Of a stretch of 64,000 nt of DNA, positions 1-14,560 are shown in pieces. Where the stretch lies: contig JBEUKZ010000113.1 in assembly GCA_048128005.1 (NCBI GenBank), positions 62,001-126,000 of the forward strand, written 5' to 3'. The stretch is from Veleropilina oligotropha (lineage: Eukaryota). Positions within the stretch are counted from its first letter, which is position 1. Every line of letters begins with the position of its first letter. Position numbers and translations under genes: made by a program. The notes under the pieces were generated by a model. It saw only the letters and a program-made list of their open reading frames with translations. It had not been told where the DNA came from and searched no databases.

Positions 1-306
1 TCATAATTTGCAGACAAACATTATCGCCGGCGAAAACCCGCCCTTTTCGGCCAGTTACGGACAACTGTGGTTGGTAACTGGACAAGGAATGCAATTACCT
101 CAATCGAGATTATATTCCTGTTAGACAGATCAGTCAAGCCAGAAATTCAGAGTCACTATTATAAACCACACAGGTGATAGGGAAGCCCCTTCTCTCTCTT
201 CATCTTTCTGTCTATGTGTGTATGAATTAATGACAGTGAAAGTCAAAGACTTTAATTTCATATTATTTTAATTAAATAATTAAATACGAGACTTTATACA
301 AATGTC

Positions 307-307
<1 letters not shown>

Positions 308-373
<66 letters not shown>

Positions 374-466
374 ACATACACACATACACACATACACACA
401 TACACACATACACACATACACACATACACGCATACACACATACACACATACACACATACACACATA

Positions 467-501
<35 letters not shown>
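308..501. repeat. (CA)n / (CACATA)n microsatellite
   Basis: Directly visible simple repeat; it explains the spurious CV/HT ORFs. Confidence 0.98.
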
Positions 502-503
<2 letters not shown>

Positions 504-1809
504 CAAGCATCTGCGCAATGTGTAGGTCTTAGTCTGCGTAATTCAAATCCCAAATTGTTCTCCTGACCTGGAGGCAGCCATTATTAACTCCTTCGCATCA
601 CTCTTGGGTAATTACTGATAATTCCAAGAACTCCATGCGTGTGCCCGCATGTAAAATACCAGGATGCGTTCCGGTTTATTAACGTTAATCCGTGGCATAT
701 GTTACAGCAGCGAGCTGGGTGTACCAAGGGAGAGCACAATGATGCATGATATAACTCTCAGTCAGCCCGGTGTTGTATAATTTCAAAGTATTTTAGAACT
801 TGATGTGGTTACGATGGCAAATTCTTGGCGCGGAGTTCTAACAAAGTAAAATGTATTTTCATGAAATGTGTTCGCTATGGTAATAATGCGTTAGAGAAAT
901 TAACTAGCATATGCAGTAAAAACATCAGGGTAAAGATAATGTTATTGATGGTTCCTGTCCATAATGCTAATTGATTACAGGGGTGTGCGTCTTCTGTTTC
1001 TTATATCAGCTACGTTGTATATTTAGAACAAATATTTTACTTGGCTTGAAATTTAGTATGGCGTCTAATGTAATTTTAATGATGATATCTGAATTATTGT
1101 CGAAACGCGAATTAGCAATTTGATACATATATGTGTGTGTCTCTATGGAATGGGTCGTTGCTTAATGTTCTTTATATTTGCAACACTTAAAGGGGCACTT
1201 GCACGAATCTGCGGTGAAAGTGACAAGCTTCCACATTTTTCGAACGAGGCTCTACTAATTTATAAAACTCTTTATCCACGCGACACAGTAGTGAAATATC
1301 GTGTTGTGGTGGAAACGAGCGGTACCAACCGTATCGCTTACGGAAGACGTACTATACATCAGTACAGCCTCAATCGGAAAAATTGGGATATGTCCCTTTC
1401 CTCGCCGTATAACCGTGCAATTGCCCCTTACGGTTTAATCCGGACATGTTTGTCCCAATGAAGACAATTATACTTTAAGCGCGGTGAATATATTCGGAGG
1501 ACTTATATTACACCATCGATAACGATTTATATTTGGGCGTATATTTTACTCTTCGATAACATATATAATAATACAAGGGCTAGCGCCATTCACGTAGAAC
1601 CACCCAGTTCTCGTTCACGGGTGACTATTTCGTAAACTGGTCACTCTGAAATGTTCATGTGAAATCTTGTCTACGTTGTCCACCTTAGACATATTCCATA
1701 TGATACATAGTGATCGAAAGCTGACATTGAACCTCTTGGGTATATATCGTCATTATTTAATACTGGAGTCCGCCGACCACAGAAAAATATTTAAAACCAA
1801 TGCGATATC

Positions 1810-2316
1810 TATGGAAGACGGATGTGGCCACTCGTTTTCTCGCGCCGCGGGTCATGAAACACGAGAAAACGAGATTAGTGCTAATATCACGAGTTTATCT
1901 ATATTCTCGTTTTCTCGCTATCTCGTTTTCTCGACTTATCAAAGCGGGCGTCGTGAGAAAACGAGGGGAGAAAATGCCAAAACGAGATTATATTTATGCC
2001 TCGTTTTTTCGCGCCGCTGACAAGTCGCGAAAACGATATTAGTGCTAATATCGCGAGTCTATCTACTAATTTCGTTTTCTCGACTTATCTAAACGCGCGC
2101 CGTGAGAAAACGAGAAAACGAGGCATAAATATAATCTCGTTTTGGCGTTTTCTCCCCTGGTTTTCTCGCGCGTTTTGATAAGTCGAGAAAACGAGATAGC
2201 GAGAAAACGAGAATAGTAGATACACTCGCGATATTAGCACTAATCTCGTTTTATCGTATTCTCGTGTTTCGTAACCCACGGCGCGAGAAAACGAGTGGCC
2301 GCATCCGTCTTCCATA
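1810..2316. mobile_element. Non-autonomous foldback DNA transposon (MITE), possibly IS3EU-type
   Basis: Starts TATGGAAGACGGATGTGGCCACTCGTTTTCTCGCGCC and ends with its reverse complement (...GTGGCCGCATCCGTCTTCCATA). Interior is built of CGAGAAAACGAG repeats. Flanks GATATC/TATATC are a near-identical 6-bp TSD. Confidence 0.8.
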
Positions 2317-2388
2317 TATATCTACTGTAATGATGATTATGTTCTTTAGTAATATCGAAATGAACTTTCTTTGCTTTCTTCTTTTCAG

Positions 2389-2767
2389 ACTGTTTCCGTC
2401 TCAGTGTCGGTTCTCACCCTGACATCCATATCCTTTGAACGATACTGTGCCATATGCTACCCGCTCAAGTTCATTAATAGCACGCGAAAGGCCACCGCAA
2501 CCATCTTCTTGATTTGGGTCATTGCGATGCTGGCTGCTATTCCAGATCTGCTCTATATGGGTATCAAGCCTTACTTCACTGGTCATTACTCTTATCTCCC
2601 CCTCTTAATCGCCTGCATGATGCAATGGAACACACACAGCATAAAAATATATCAAATATTTCAAATGGTTGTATTTTATTTCCTTCCAATGGGACTTATG
2701 GGATATGCGTACTTAGAAATTGCTCAGAGACTTTGGACGAACGTTATTCCTGGAAATAGAGACTCGT
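2389..2767 (+). CDS. Orexin/allatotropin receptor-like GPCR paralog A, internal exon (TM3-TM5)
   Basis: TTTCAG acceptor and GTAAGT donor. Encodes TVSVSVSVLTLTSISFERYCAICYPLKF...FYFLPMGLMGYAY. The upstream exon(s) lie outside the window. Confidence 0.93.
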
Positions 2768-4059
2768 GTAAGTATCCAACGGAGAGCTTTTCATTTTTGA
2801 CGGCTGCTATTAATTTAGCCGATGTGTATATTTAACAATACCGTCACTTGTTGGTTTATAGAAGATAAATGTCTCAATCTTCTACACTTGATACATGTTT
2901 AACTTAAAATAACAATATCTTCAATAAATATCTTTGTTAGGTGTCATATTTCACCAATGGTCAAGATAAATTATTATTTAGGGTTCAAAAGCATTAATTT
3001 AATTTCCGTTGTAATGAACAATCAACCTGCACCGTAAGTCGAGTAAATAAGAAAGTGAGCTAGTCCGTCTGGCTGGAGTGGGTTCGAATCCTTGTCGGGG
3101 CTCTTTATTCAATTAGCAGTAACAGTTGTCCATAACTAAACATGGAGGGACGGTTTCCCTGGCGACCGTGATTTCCTCCCGCGATAATATTGACAAATAT
3201 CCCGGTAAAACCTGAAGCTTAGGTCCCAAATACGAGTTAAATATAAATCCAAACCAAATTTTAAGCACAACCAAAATCGACAATATTGTATACATTATTC
3301 CTGCTATATCAACATATTTAATATCATAGCATGGCGAGTAATGACACCACAAAAATACACGCAAGTCGTTGATATAGTCAGGTGCAGCCAAGACCATGTT
3401 ATTTATTGTTATCCTATATTTTTCTCATTAATCGCAAATTGTGAAATTGATAAACAATTTTAGCGATCATTACATTTTATAACTAGGTTTCATGCTATTT
3501 GTTGCCTTTTTAATGAAATGTAAATATTTTCAAGTGTATCGTGGTCAATATGCTGAATAAGATCAATGAACTATAGGGAAGTGTTCAGATACAAAGATCA
3601 CATTACCATTATGAGAAATTGCTGTCGTGATTTCCAAGATACATTAAAAACAATAATATGGTGTCCTGTACTAAATTTGATGATAGATGTTTGCATATTT
3701 GGCATGGTTTGCATCGATCGTTAAGATCCTATTTGTAGCCACGTTTGTGTTCGAACTATCATACTGTCGCTGGAGGAAAGCCCCGGCCGGCCGGAAAACA
3801 CTGAGTCTCGCTCTTTGGTCATTATCATTCTAATGATAAAATATCCAAACATTTAAACGTCCCCTTCTTCCATTTTACAAGCAACATCATACAAGATTAT
3901 CGATTCGCGGATAATGATTTGTTTATAACATATGTAATGTATAGACGCAATTTAGTATCATTACCATTGTTAAGCGCATCGAGACGCTATGTATATAATA
4001 CGTTATATAAGAATAAATTATTATTATTATTATTATTATTTTAAGTGTGTTTGTTGTAG

Positions 4060-4204
4060 CAGACAATAAAGTCATCTATGAAGGGAGCCATATGAACCAG
4101 GAGACGCAGCTCTCATCCCGACGGAAGGCTGCGAAGATGCTCATCGCTATTGTGGTTTTATTTGGGCTATGCTACCTACCAGTGTATCTGCTTAACATAT
4201 TGAG
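4060..4204 (+). CDS. GPCR paralog A exon (ICL3-TM6)
   Basis: TAG acceptor and GTAAC donor with compatible phase. Encodes QLSSRRKAAKMLIAIVVLFGLCYLPVYLLNILR. Confidence 0.92.
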
Positions 4205-4716
4205 GTAACGAACACCGTGGTACACATGCATACACGCACCTGCACGAAAATAAGTGAATTGTTTAATTCTGCACAGGCTCTCATTTGTTAATAAAGGAAA
4301 TGATAAGACGTCCGCCTGTTTCCTAATTGGTATGTCCCCAATTGAAAACTGCCTCGTTCTCGGTAAGGAATGGCAAGTGATAAACGCCTGCAAATTCATA
4401 TCCACGTGAGACCAAAGTAACTTGTCAATGCTATTATCAATGGGTCGTTTACATTGGCTCTAACGATTATTGTTTTGCAGAATACCTGTATTAATATAGG
4501 AAAACGTATAATGAATATTTTTAATCCTATTCATTGCTTTGTATTTACATCACCTAAACGATTTTCACATACCTTTTGCTTTATATGACAACTGTTTCGT
4601 ATATATTTGAATAGTGTTGATTTTTACTTGATTGCAACATAATTTTAACTACCAAATAGCTTCATTTTGATCATTCAATATAAAATAACTTGAAACTGCA
4701 TTTATACATTTTCCAG

Positions 4717-4835
4717 GTACGCGAAAGCGTTAGATCTGATGAGGCAGGACACCATCCCCATATTCGCACTTGTTGCGCACTGGTTGTGTTACTTCAATAG
4801 CAGCATCAATCCCGTTATTTATAATTTCATGAGTG
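4717..4835 (+). CDS. GPCR paralog A exon (TM7)
   Basis: TTCCAG acceptor and GTAAG donor. Encodes FALVAHWLCYFNSSINPVIYNFMS (NPxxY). Confidence 0.93.
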
Positions 4836-5557
4836 GTAAGTTAACTGATTAACAGGTATGGGCCGGAATTCTTGACTGGGCACTTTTTTCAAACAATGTC
4901 ACAGTTTTTCACAACTGGAAGGTGCAGGCGGGATTTATAGGATATTATGAAGATGTCATGTGATATTACGACGAAGGGTGTTAAAACAGATCCAAATAAT
5001 TTCCAAATTCCTATATTTCAAGTCTTGGTCAGGTTTGGATAGATGCTTTATGTCCTGTTTTGCATTCGTCAAGCTCATACCAGATCATGTCCATAGTATC
5101 GTGGGAAGAAAGCATGGTCGCCCTGTTAAACTCACTCTCTCTGGCTAGTTGTGGACAACTATCACTGGTAACTGTACAAAGAATGCCATTACCCCAACCA
5201 AGGTTCTAACGCACTCTGTTTAGACAGAGCACTTTATTGCAAATTGTCGTATTGTGAAATCTTCCATGAACGTCATACATCAATTTATCAATGATAATTA
5301 TGTATCAACTACTCGATATCAATATAATTCCATAAGTTATCGTTGAGTCTTTGATGGAATAATCGCTAGCTCTGTTGCACAGCTTTCATTAGTCAAGCTT
5401 CTAAACTACAACGTCGTGCGTTCGATCTTCAGGCCCATGTGCACTTTCTTCAATATCCATTGCACATAGAACAATTTCATTGGATTATTGTAAACGTTCT
5501 TTCCAATAATTTCCAAATTTTCGTTGAATTAATTAATTTATTTTCTTTTTATGGCAG

Positions 5558-5751
5558 CTAAATTTCGGAAAGAATTTCGCTCTATACTGACCTGTTGTCG
5601 GTCGCACCGGAAGCGGAAGTTTCGTCGCCCATCCGGTGGATATATGTACAAGTTCGCGAGCACTTTTCGGAGGACCGAGCATGTCAACCTCACTTCCTTA
5701 TCTACTAGGCAACATTACCCATCCGGGAATGGCTGTCAACGGACGAAATAA
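5558..5751 (+). CDS. GPCR paralog A last coding exon (helix 8, C-tail)
   Basis: CAG acceptor with compatible phase. Encodes (A)KFRKEFRSILTCC... to the TAA at 5749-5751. Confidence 0.9.
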
Positions 5752-7599
5752 GCGTTTACCCGCTCATAGTATTGTATTGTCTTCAGTTTGTCCAATATCA
5801 GAAATGCGTTTCTTCAACTGAAATAAGTTTTTCACCTTATCAAAACCTACACATATCAGTAAAAGTAACTTTGCTAGTTAACTGTCGACGTATATATCGA
5901 TAAGATGTTATGTGATCAAAGTTGGCGGTAAGTTTGTAGCAGTTTGTTTGAATATTATTATTCGATTGATGCATGGAGTTACATTCTTTGTTATAATTCT
6001 AGTTACTAGTATTTTTTGCAACGGTGGTTGTAAATGTAATTAATGCAAGCACCAAACTGTTTATAGCATAGAGTGCATTCTTGCAATATATTTACTGTTA
6101 AAAAGAACATTTGCAACTCATTTCTCATTTGTGAAACATTTGTAAATACAATATATATATATATATGGTGAACATGGCCAAAAATGAATATTATGACCTT
6201 TTTAATAATGAAATATATCGAATGATCCCTTAAGGCGCCAGTATTACGATTAAATGGAATCACCCATCACACTAATATAATATTTTTCTTAAATTAATTT
6301 TGCGCGAAAAAGGTTGCAACAACATATCCCTGGAAATAAAGAAAACCAGAATGAGATGTCTCGATCGTGTATTTGGAATTCCATAGGAACGGATACGAAA
6401 GTAACACTTGGATTGGAATCCTACTGACAACTGAAAGAGCAGACAGACGGCGATGTTTGAGTAGGAAATACAACTATCTATCTTGGGGCGAGGCTTCGTT
6501 GCACAGGATTCTAGACCGTCTCAGATAGAGGAGAACAGTTGCAGCATTACGACCCCGAAGACGAATAGGATTTAATTATTTTAAAGTTTAGAAAAAGCAG
6601 TTCATACTGACTCGAAAACAATTGCCAAATGAATTGCCCTGGAATATATTTGAAATAAAATTAACTTTTGAATTCAGTATGGTATGTTTTGATTCATTCG
6701 ATTTAATTTTATGTTAGCGTGGACGTTTCACAAGAAAGATGTCTCAGTTTCCTCTTTACTATTCTCGGTGCCATAGGTGTAAAAACTCTAAAAACTGATT
6801 CTTGTATTGCCTTTAACATGAAACGAGCGAAACAAAGTGTGTTTGCTATAGCATGTTGGTGATTCGTTATTTACTCGTCCGCACATCTTTTAATCTTTCT
6901 GTCTCCGTATATTTAGCACATTTGCAGTTGGCTATAACGGCACTAATGGCAGAAAGTTGTATTTTATCAATATTTATTTCCTTCTCTTATGTGTATTATC
7001 ACTAAATGATAAAAATGTATTTTATTATGATTCTATTTTACTTTAATGTGAAATACGACAGAACATTAAATATATAAATATCCATTTTGATCTTCAGTAT
7101 AGTAGTATATATCAATATATAGTATCGCCATAGTTGTTACTAATGTGCAAGCTGTGTGCATAAATTAATATCATATTCTAGCAACATAACAGAAAACATG
7201 ATAACTATTTAGGAAGCGAAATATGATTACAATATTATTAATTATCAAAAATATGTTCATGTCGTACTTCTTTGACGATAATTGTTGTGACGCAGCGGAA
7301 GGAATCTGGATATTGACGTAAAATAGTGCTCTATATTAATCTTTGTACTGTTATGTTAATGCTACGATATATAATGCATTAATTACGGTTGTTGGTTATG
7401 TCATGATTACCGTACACGAACCACCCGCCGTCTGGTTCAAACACGAATACGGACATATTATAGCTGGAACCCTGTCACCAGTTAACACCTGTGATTGTTA
7501 ACCGCACGTTAGCTACAAGAATCAATAATTGTTTGTTGCGACACGAATGGCAACTGGAATCAGTACTGTCATTTAGTAGCCATTTTTTTCTGCATTTTG

Positions 7600-7820
7600 G
7601 GAGGGAGGAATGATGCTTAACGTCCTGTATATTTTCAACATCGAGGTTGCAGGTCATGTCCGTGTTATCGCGGGAGGAAACCCCGGTCGCCCGGGTAAAC
7701 CCGCCCTCTTCGGCCAGTCACGGCCTCAGCCTCAGCCAGGTATTGAACCCACCACTGTTCGCATTAGCGGAATCAAGCCAGTGAATTTAGAGTGGACACT
7801 CTACCCACTGCGCTGCCGAA
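7600..7820 (-). mobile_element. Copy of a dispersed tRNA-headed SINE-like repeat family (related copies near 20-180, 3060-3190, 13125-13380, 46455-46640, 48360-48610)
   Basis: Shared blocks GATGCTTAACGTCCTGTATATT, CATGTCCGT.TTATCGCGGGA, CCAGTTACGGACAACT and GAACCCACTACTGTTCG (a reverse B-box) recur across the window. Boundaries are approximate. Confidence 0.65.
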
Positions 7821-9476
7821 GCGACTCTTCATTTTGGAAATACATCGATCATTACATCTGTCGGTCGCGCCAGTAACCGATTGGATAGGCACACGAACCT
7901 TATATTCACTCGCATGACTGGTCTGTCCAACAAGAGTGGGCTCAAATCCTCGTCGAGACGCTTTTTGTTCAGTTAACGGTCCTAATTGTCCATAATGACC
8001 GGAGAGGGACGAGTTTTCCCAGACCATCGGGCGTGTCTCCCGTGGTGATATCCCGGAATCAACAAGAAGCTAAGCTTTAATAGTTTATCTTAACAAGAAT
8101 GTTGTTAAAAGCGACATATTAAACATTTGTGTGACTATTTATTACAAGTTTAATGCATTATTAGAACAATTCTCGCAATTTGTAAGGATGTAGGCTTGTT
8201 CCGTAGGTAAGACTCAAGCGATTGGATCTCTTTAACTGGAGATATCATCGCCACTCCATCAAAGTACAATGCACACTAACTAGCGATATTATTATGTAAA
8301 TACAAGTTCCATATATATCAACGATATAGGCCTATCAGTTCGATCGGTGGGTCAGATGAGCGACATAAGAGCCAAATGTTTTCTCTTTCAAACTGAACTC
8401 TGCGACCAGGAAAGGACAACTGATATCCGTAATCAAAGTTCACTGCCCTGCCAATATACCACGACGCCTCATAACTTGGCTCAGCGCGAATGCTGTAACA
8501 TTTAAATAATAAGATTAATGAATCTGTTACATTATTTCAAGAGTTGGTTTGGCTCTAAAGTTTGATTCAAGCCTTAACCCCAAACGGCAATTGTTTTTGT
8601 AACAAGCGGCTCATCCGACTTTAGACTTAATCTCATTTAGCTCTTTCACGACTGTTGGCTTGATAAGGTTTCCGAATTGACAGAGTGCAAAAGAAGATTA
8701 AATCTTAGAGCACTAAGTGTGTTCCTATTATGGATTTTGTATGATTTATTGTGCTGGAGGATTGCGTCCTTTCAGAATTTGGCACATACAAGGTTAGTAT
8801 ATTGAAGAATTAATATCTAACGCTGATTTCCGTGCAGACAAATTGAATTGCTATGATGCTTCTAATATTAACCTGCAAACTGCACAAATTTAGATAAAAG
8901 TCAAGGATTTATTAGATATCGATTATATGCGCTTTGCTGCAGAATTAATATTCCTAGCTGTGATCAAGAACAACCAATGTCGATATTAATTGAATAACTT
9001 ATCGCACTTCACTCCGGGGAAATTCTGTTGAAGATTTACGTAATAATATTAAAGATTTACGTCTTTCACCATCAACTGTCGAATAACATACGACAACACA
9101 AACTACAATAAAGCAACGTACGCTGTACGTTTTCGTTCGGGTCTTATTGGGGGATAATTTATATGGTCCGATAATATGTATCAGGGTCCCCAAACATAAC
9201 TAGGATTCATACGCGCACATTTTATTAATTTAATCAGACCATTTCGAGAAAAAATGTATGCACTTTTGTTATTTGTGGATCTCGTTTAATATCCGCGATG
9301 TATTCGTGTTTCATTATCAGTGTCATAGAGTTCCGAAAAACCTCCATCTGAAAATGCAGCTGATAATTTCTCACCGCCAAAATAAGAGTTGCTTGTGTCC
9401 GACGAAATTCTGTTCAGTAAAATGGAGGGACGGCACTTGAGTCAAATTGACTGTTCCGTTTGGTACTGCCGCCCCG

Positions 9477-12250
9477 TTATACCCAAATACAGAGTCCATA
9501 TGCCAAATGACAATGTACCGTACTGTAATATATTATCCTTTTAATATTTGTAGGTAATTTATTTTTAAAACATCTAATAGTATAAGTGCTTCTAAGTAAT
9601 TTGTTGTGAGTGTATATAAAGTGTTCTTTCCAGTTAAGACTTTCATCGATGATCACCGCGATAAATTTAATTGACTTTACTTTATTAATAAGGATATCAT
9701 ATAGTTTTAATTCAGGAATGTTGCTGGTATTGCGATTGTTGCTTTTGAATATAATATATTTCGTTTTGTCCATATATAGCGAAAGTTTATTACATTTAAA
9801 CCAATATGCTAATAATTTTAGGTCTTGATTTACTATGTCATAGACATTTGATATAGATGTGTCACTGGAGTATTCAGTTGTGTCATCTGTAAAAATAATA
9901 ATTTAAAAAAAGATAAGGATTTGTTAAGGTCGTTGATATATAATAAAAATAATAATGGCCAATCCTTGTGGCACACCACATTCAACTGTTTCGTAATCCG
10001 AAACATTGCTTAAATTAACATTATCAAATTTGATTTTAACGCATTGCATTCTATCTGATAAATAACTTTTGAACCAGTTGTGCGGGATACCACCTTATGC
10101 CATAACGTTCTGTTTTATCTAGCAGTATTATATGGTCAATTGTATCAAAGGCCTTGGAAAGGTCTAAAAATAATGCTAATGTGTGTTTTTTCCCCTCAAT
10201 TCCATTAATAACATGGTTTATAAGTTTTGATATGGCGTCAGTATTATTGTGGCTTTTCCGAAAGCCATACTGGCTATCATATAAAATGTTATTAGATGTT
10301 AAAAATCTGTATACTCTTTTATAAATTATTTTTTCCAAGACCTTTGATACAGCAGTCAATAGTGATATAGGTCTATAATTCTTTATTATATGTATGTCGA
10401 TATTCTTATATATCGGGATAATCTCAGCATACTTCAATTTATCAGGAAATATCCCTGATCCAATCGACTTATTAGATATTGTTACTAACGGGTATTTTAT
10501 TGATTGAGCTAATTTTTTAATAGTATATTGCTGACATTGTCGTGACCGCTGCTTGTTTTGTTTTTGAGACATTGTATAGTTTTTGATACTTCGTAAATAT
10601 CGGTTGGGGACAAAAAAATATTGGTTTGTATGTTATCAGTCATATATTTAGTGTAACAGGTAGATGATGTTGGTATTTTAGCTGCCAGTTTCTTACCTAT
10701 TGTGGAAAAATATATACAAAATTCGTTTCAAATGTCCATTGAATTATATCGTTTTATACCATCGATTGATATATATTCTTGGAAGACCCGACTTGTTGAT
10801 GTGCTTACCAATAATATCATTTATTGTACTATTACCCCGTTTACACGACAAAAAGTAAACCGGTTTGAATCGATTTATATCTAAACCGGTTTAGATTTTG
10901 TCGTGCAAACGCCCCCAAAGCGACTTGAATCGACTCATATCTAAACCGACTCATGTAGGTAGTTTGAGTCGGTTTGAAAGCCAAATCGGTTTCGATTCTT
11001 GCCGTGTGAACGGTCCGAATCGACTTGAGTCGATTCAGATGAGAAAGAGGCTTTGGGCATGCGCACACAAAATACAGACTTTTCCAACACGTACAGAACC
11101 GAAGTGTAGCTAGCTTGCTTGAATTTTGAATTAAACTGAAATAATGTCCACCGCCTTCCGATGAGTACTGAACTAATCCGATAAAGAGAGTCATGTACGG
11201 TATTTATAACTATTTATGGGGAACAACGCATGCATCCGGGCGCATATATTGATATGGATCAGCACGTAACATCGATATATATCACTGTATGCTATATAAT
11301 AATTTTGACTTAGCAAGCCCGTTGTTATTAAAATGTTTCGCAAGTACAATATCTTGGTCACTTTGTAAAAATGTAATGTCACTTCGTACATGTTGGAGTG
11401 TAACTAGGCAACGCGTACTACGTCGACACCTGCGCACAATGCGACTCTCATCTAAGTCGGTTTACTTTTTGTTACGGGTAAACGCGACATTATATCTGAA
11501 CCGGTTTAGATCTAAACCGACTCAAGATGTGAATCGGCTTACATTTTGTCGCGTAAACGGGGTATATGATGAGTGATTCGAGTTGGACGGGTTATAAGAG
11601 GTATTAGACAAAAATTTAAGGTAATTTCAATTTCAATTTCAGTATTTAAATGCATGTTCATTTTGAGGAAATATAGGTTTTGGTCACTATCAAATATTAC
11701 GTCTTTGATTTCTAATTTTATTTTAATTAGTCAATTTTGATATTCAATTAAAAAATTCTTTTCGTCTGTACCAGGTACTCAATAAATCTCACCTACAATA
11801 ATATTTGTTTAATTTTTCCTCTCGATTTCTATAAATATCATTTCAATTTCACCTTCCAAAAATATTCCCAAGTCCTCCCTCTCCTTATACGTAATATTTT
11901 CATTTATGTAAATAGCGACACCACCTCTGCTCTTGTTTATTCGGTGTTTCTCTTCCAGATTATACCCTTTAATTTTACAGGGTTTTTTATTCAGATCATA
12001 AATAAAAATTCAACGGTGTGTCCTGCACTTTGTAAAGTCTCCACCAGAAGTCTCAAATTATCAATTTTATCTCGTAATCTAGATATATTTAAGTGTAAAA
12101 TATTTAAATTTTATTGACGAAATTCTATTTTGTGCAATTCGCTTGGATCGTAATAGTCGCATTTTGCACTTAGTGGTAAATCGGCATCAACGATGCTATT
12201 TAAATTCTTTGTGGGATCTTCATATAGGTCAGATATTTTGTATTCACTCA
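9477..12250 (-). mobile_element. Degraded CR1/L2-group LINE ORF2 (APE + RT fragments)
   Basis: Broken ORFs with NYRPISLL, QYGFR and FLDLSKAFDTIDH, plus endonuclease-like remnants near 11.8-12.1 kb. Many stops and frameshifts. Confidence 0.85.
10833..11564. mobile_element. PIF/Harbinger-like MITE inserted in the degraded LINE
   Basis: TIRs TACCCCGTTTACACGACAAAA / TTTTGTCGCGTAAACGGGGTA with a 3-bp TSD TAT on both sides. Confidence 0.8.
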
Positions 12251-14418
12251 CGGTAATTAGTTGTTAGTTTTATGCATCCAGAAAAACCAGCGATAAAAAA
12301 GTCTGTATGAGTTGCATAAAGTACGAGTGTAATAATATTGTGTATAAATGATGAAAAAAAGTAATAAAATAAATTGTCATTGAATCCATTTAAAATGGGA
12401 TTGAATGTGGGCATGGCGAGGGCTAATTATATATATTATATACATTGGGAAAACGTATTCAATGTATTGTCAAAACATAACATCATATAACACAGCGTGA
12501 TACATTCATCTTAAACAATTCGTAAGACTATCGGGAAATATAAGCATATTGTTGGTTAAATATTGTATTCTTCAATACAATTTTCAGGAACATACTCCGA
12601 ATGTTGGTTATTAATGAAATTATAAATAAATAAATAAAGAGTAGATAATAGATATGTTTAAATATCATTCTGATACATTACAAGCATTTGCTTATCATTA
12701 TTGTGATAGTAAAAATAATATTCAAGCAAATGTATGAACTATATTTCATAATAAGTAATTTAGTGCTTTTCTTACTTTAAGACAGTTTCAAATGCGGCAC
12801 AATGAAAATCATGTACATTTGAGTATAACTAAACTAATGATATGTACAGTATAAATTATAATAGTATAAATACATTATTACGCAGCAAAGTTTATAATAA
12901 GCTATATTCTCTATACGGAGAAATTATGCTAACATATTACTTTCGCAATGTTCTTTTTCTTATTTATATGCAATGTATATATAATTATGATACACGCTGA
13001 AAAGCAGAATGTTCAATTAGTACTCTGGATTTATTACTAAATAGATCTATTTCAATTTGTTCGTCATTATCCACTACACTAAATGAAGGAGACAAAAGAA
13101 GCGTCATCTAATAATAGATTGATGGATCGATGCTTAATGTCCTGTATATTTCCAACCATTAAGTTCAAACCAGGACATGTTCATATCATCGTGAGGAGAA
13201 AGACCGCTCGCCAGGGGATACCGTCTTCTCGGGTCAGTTTCGGACAACTTTGATTGATAACTGAACAAAGATGTTAATGCCCCAGCTGCGATTCGAACTC
13301 ACGAGTTCCTGTTAGTTAACACAATCGAGCTTGCGATTGTGGAGCCGACACTCGATACCACAAGACTACCGGGGCGGTCTCAAACATCTAAGCAGCTCAA
13401 ATAACATTATGGTACATAATAATATTATAATGCTTTTCCGTTGTCATACGGCAATTGCCATGCATACAACTTATTTCTACATAACATTAAAAAACAAAAA
13501 ACAAAAAACAACAGCAAAAACATTGTTCACGTTATGTACATATAGTGGAATATTCTATATTATTTTTTACCGTTCTGTAATAGATTCATTGGTCTGGATA
13601 ATTGAATCACAATTATAAATGCTTCGCAATATTAGTTCAGTTAAACATTATATTATATTGATACCCTAAATATAATATTTAACGTAAATTTTAACAAAAC
13701 ACATATTTCGTATGACATTTTGCGTTTTTGCCTTCCTTTTTCAGGTTATTTCGAATCGCATTAACATTTTATCTGATGATACTTACTTTTCCAAAAATAT
13801 TGACAGTGTGCATCGTAAGAGGGGAATATTAAATAAGTTAACATGCACCGAATGAAAACGCATCTGATATTTCAATGAGAAAACGTTGTCTCTAAGTTGT
13901 AGAGTAGACCAGGGCAAGATTCTCACACGATACAGTATTTATGACTACTTGTTAATAAATATACCCTAGCCAATGATACGCAATTGATGTGCACCAAACT
14001 AACTCACTTTTTCAATATGTGCTAGTTGCAACTTACGCTAACTTACATAAGTACAGGTACTTGTTCAAGGTAACTCATTTCGGCATCAATTCATATAAAA
14101 TAGCGCCAGAATCACTTTGATTGTATTGCTAATTAGTTTGTCATGATTCTGTAAGTTTATGTGATATCGATGCCGTCAATTGTCGTTCAACGGTTGGGGT
14201 AGAATGAATCAGTCTGCTGATCGCCTTTCCCAAGATATTATGTGGCGATTCATGCACATCGTTTGAGCAAATCGCCAATTTGATATTGGGGTAAAACGCA
14301 CAGAGATTTGAACGTTTGGTTCAAGTTGACTGTCGACAACTATAGGTTATAAAACATTTTTGGAATTATTGACTAAAATAGTGGTGCCAGAAACGGTTTA
14401 TTCACAATATGGGAACAT

Positions 14419-14560
14419 TAGTATGATACCTGGTGGTTCTAGAGATTATAAAATGCTGCATGGTAATTCTAGAGGTAATAGTATGATGCCTGGTAATCCT
14501 AGAGGTAATACATGTAGTATGATGCCTGACATTTCAAGAGGTAATAGTGTGATGCTTGGA
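14419..14560. repeat. Degenerate ~30-bp tandem repeat
   Basis: Reiterated AGTATGATGCCTGGTAATTCTAGAGGTAAT-like unit, about 4-5 copies. Confidence 0.7.

Noticed and set aside
272..532. CV/HT-repeat ORFs
   Set aside because: Translations of a (CA)n microsatellite.
1667..2315. Overlapping Arg/Ser-rich ORFs on both strands
   Set aside because: Products of the palindromic MITE.
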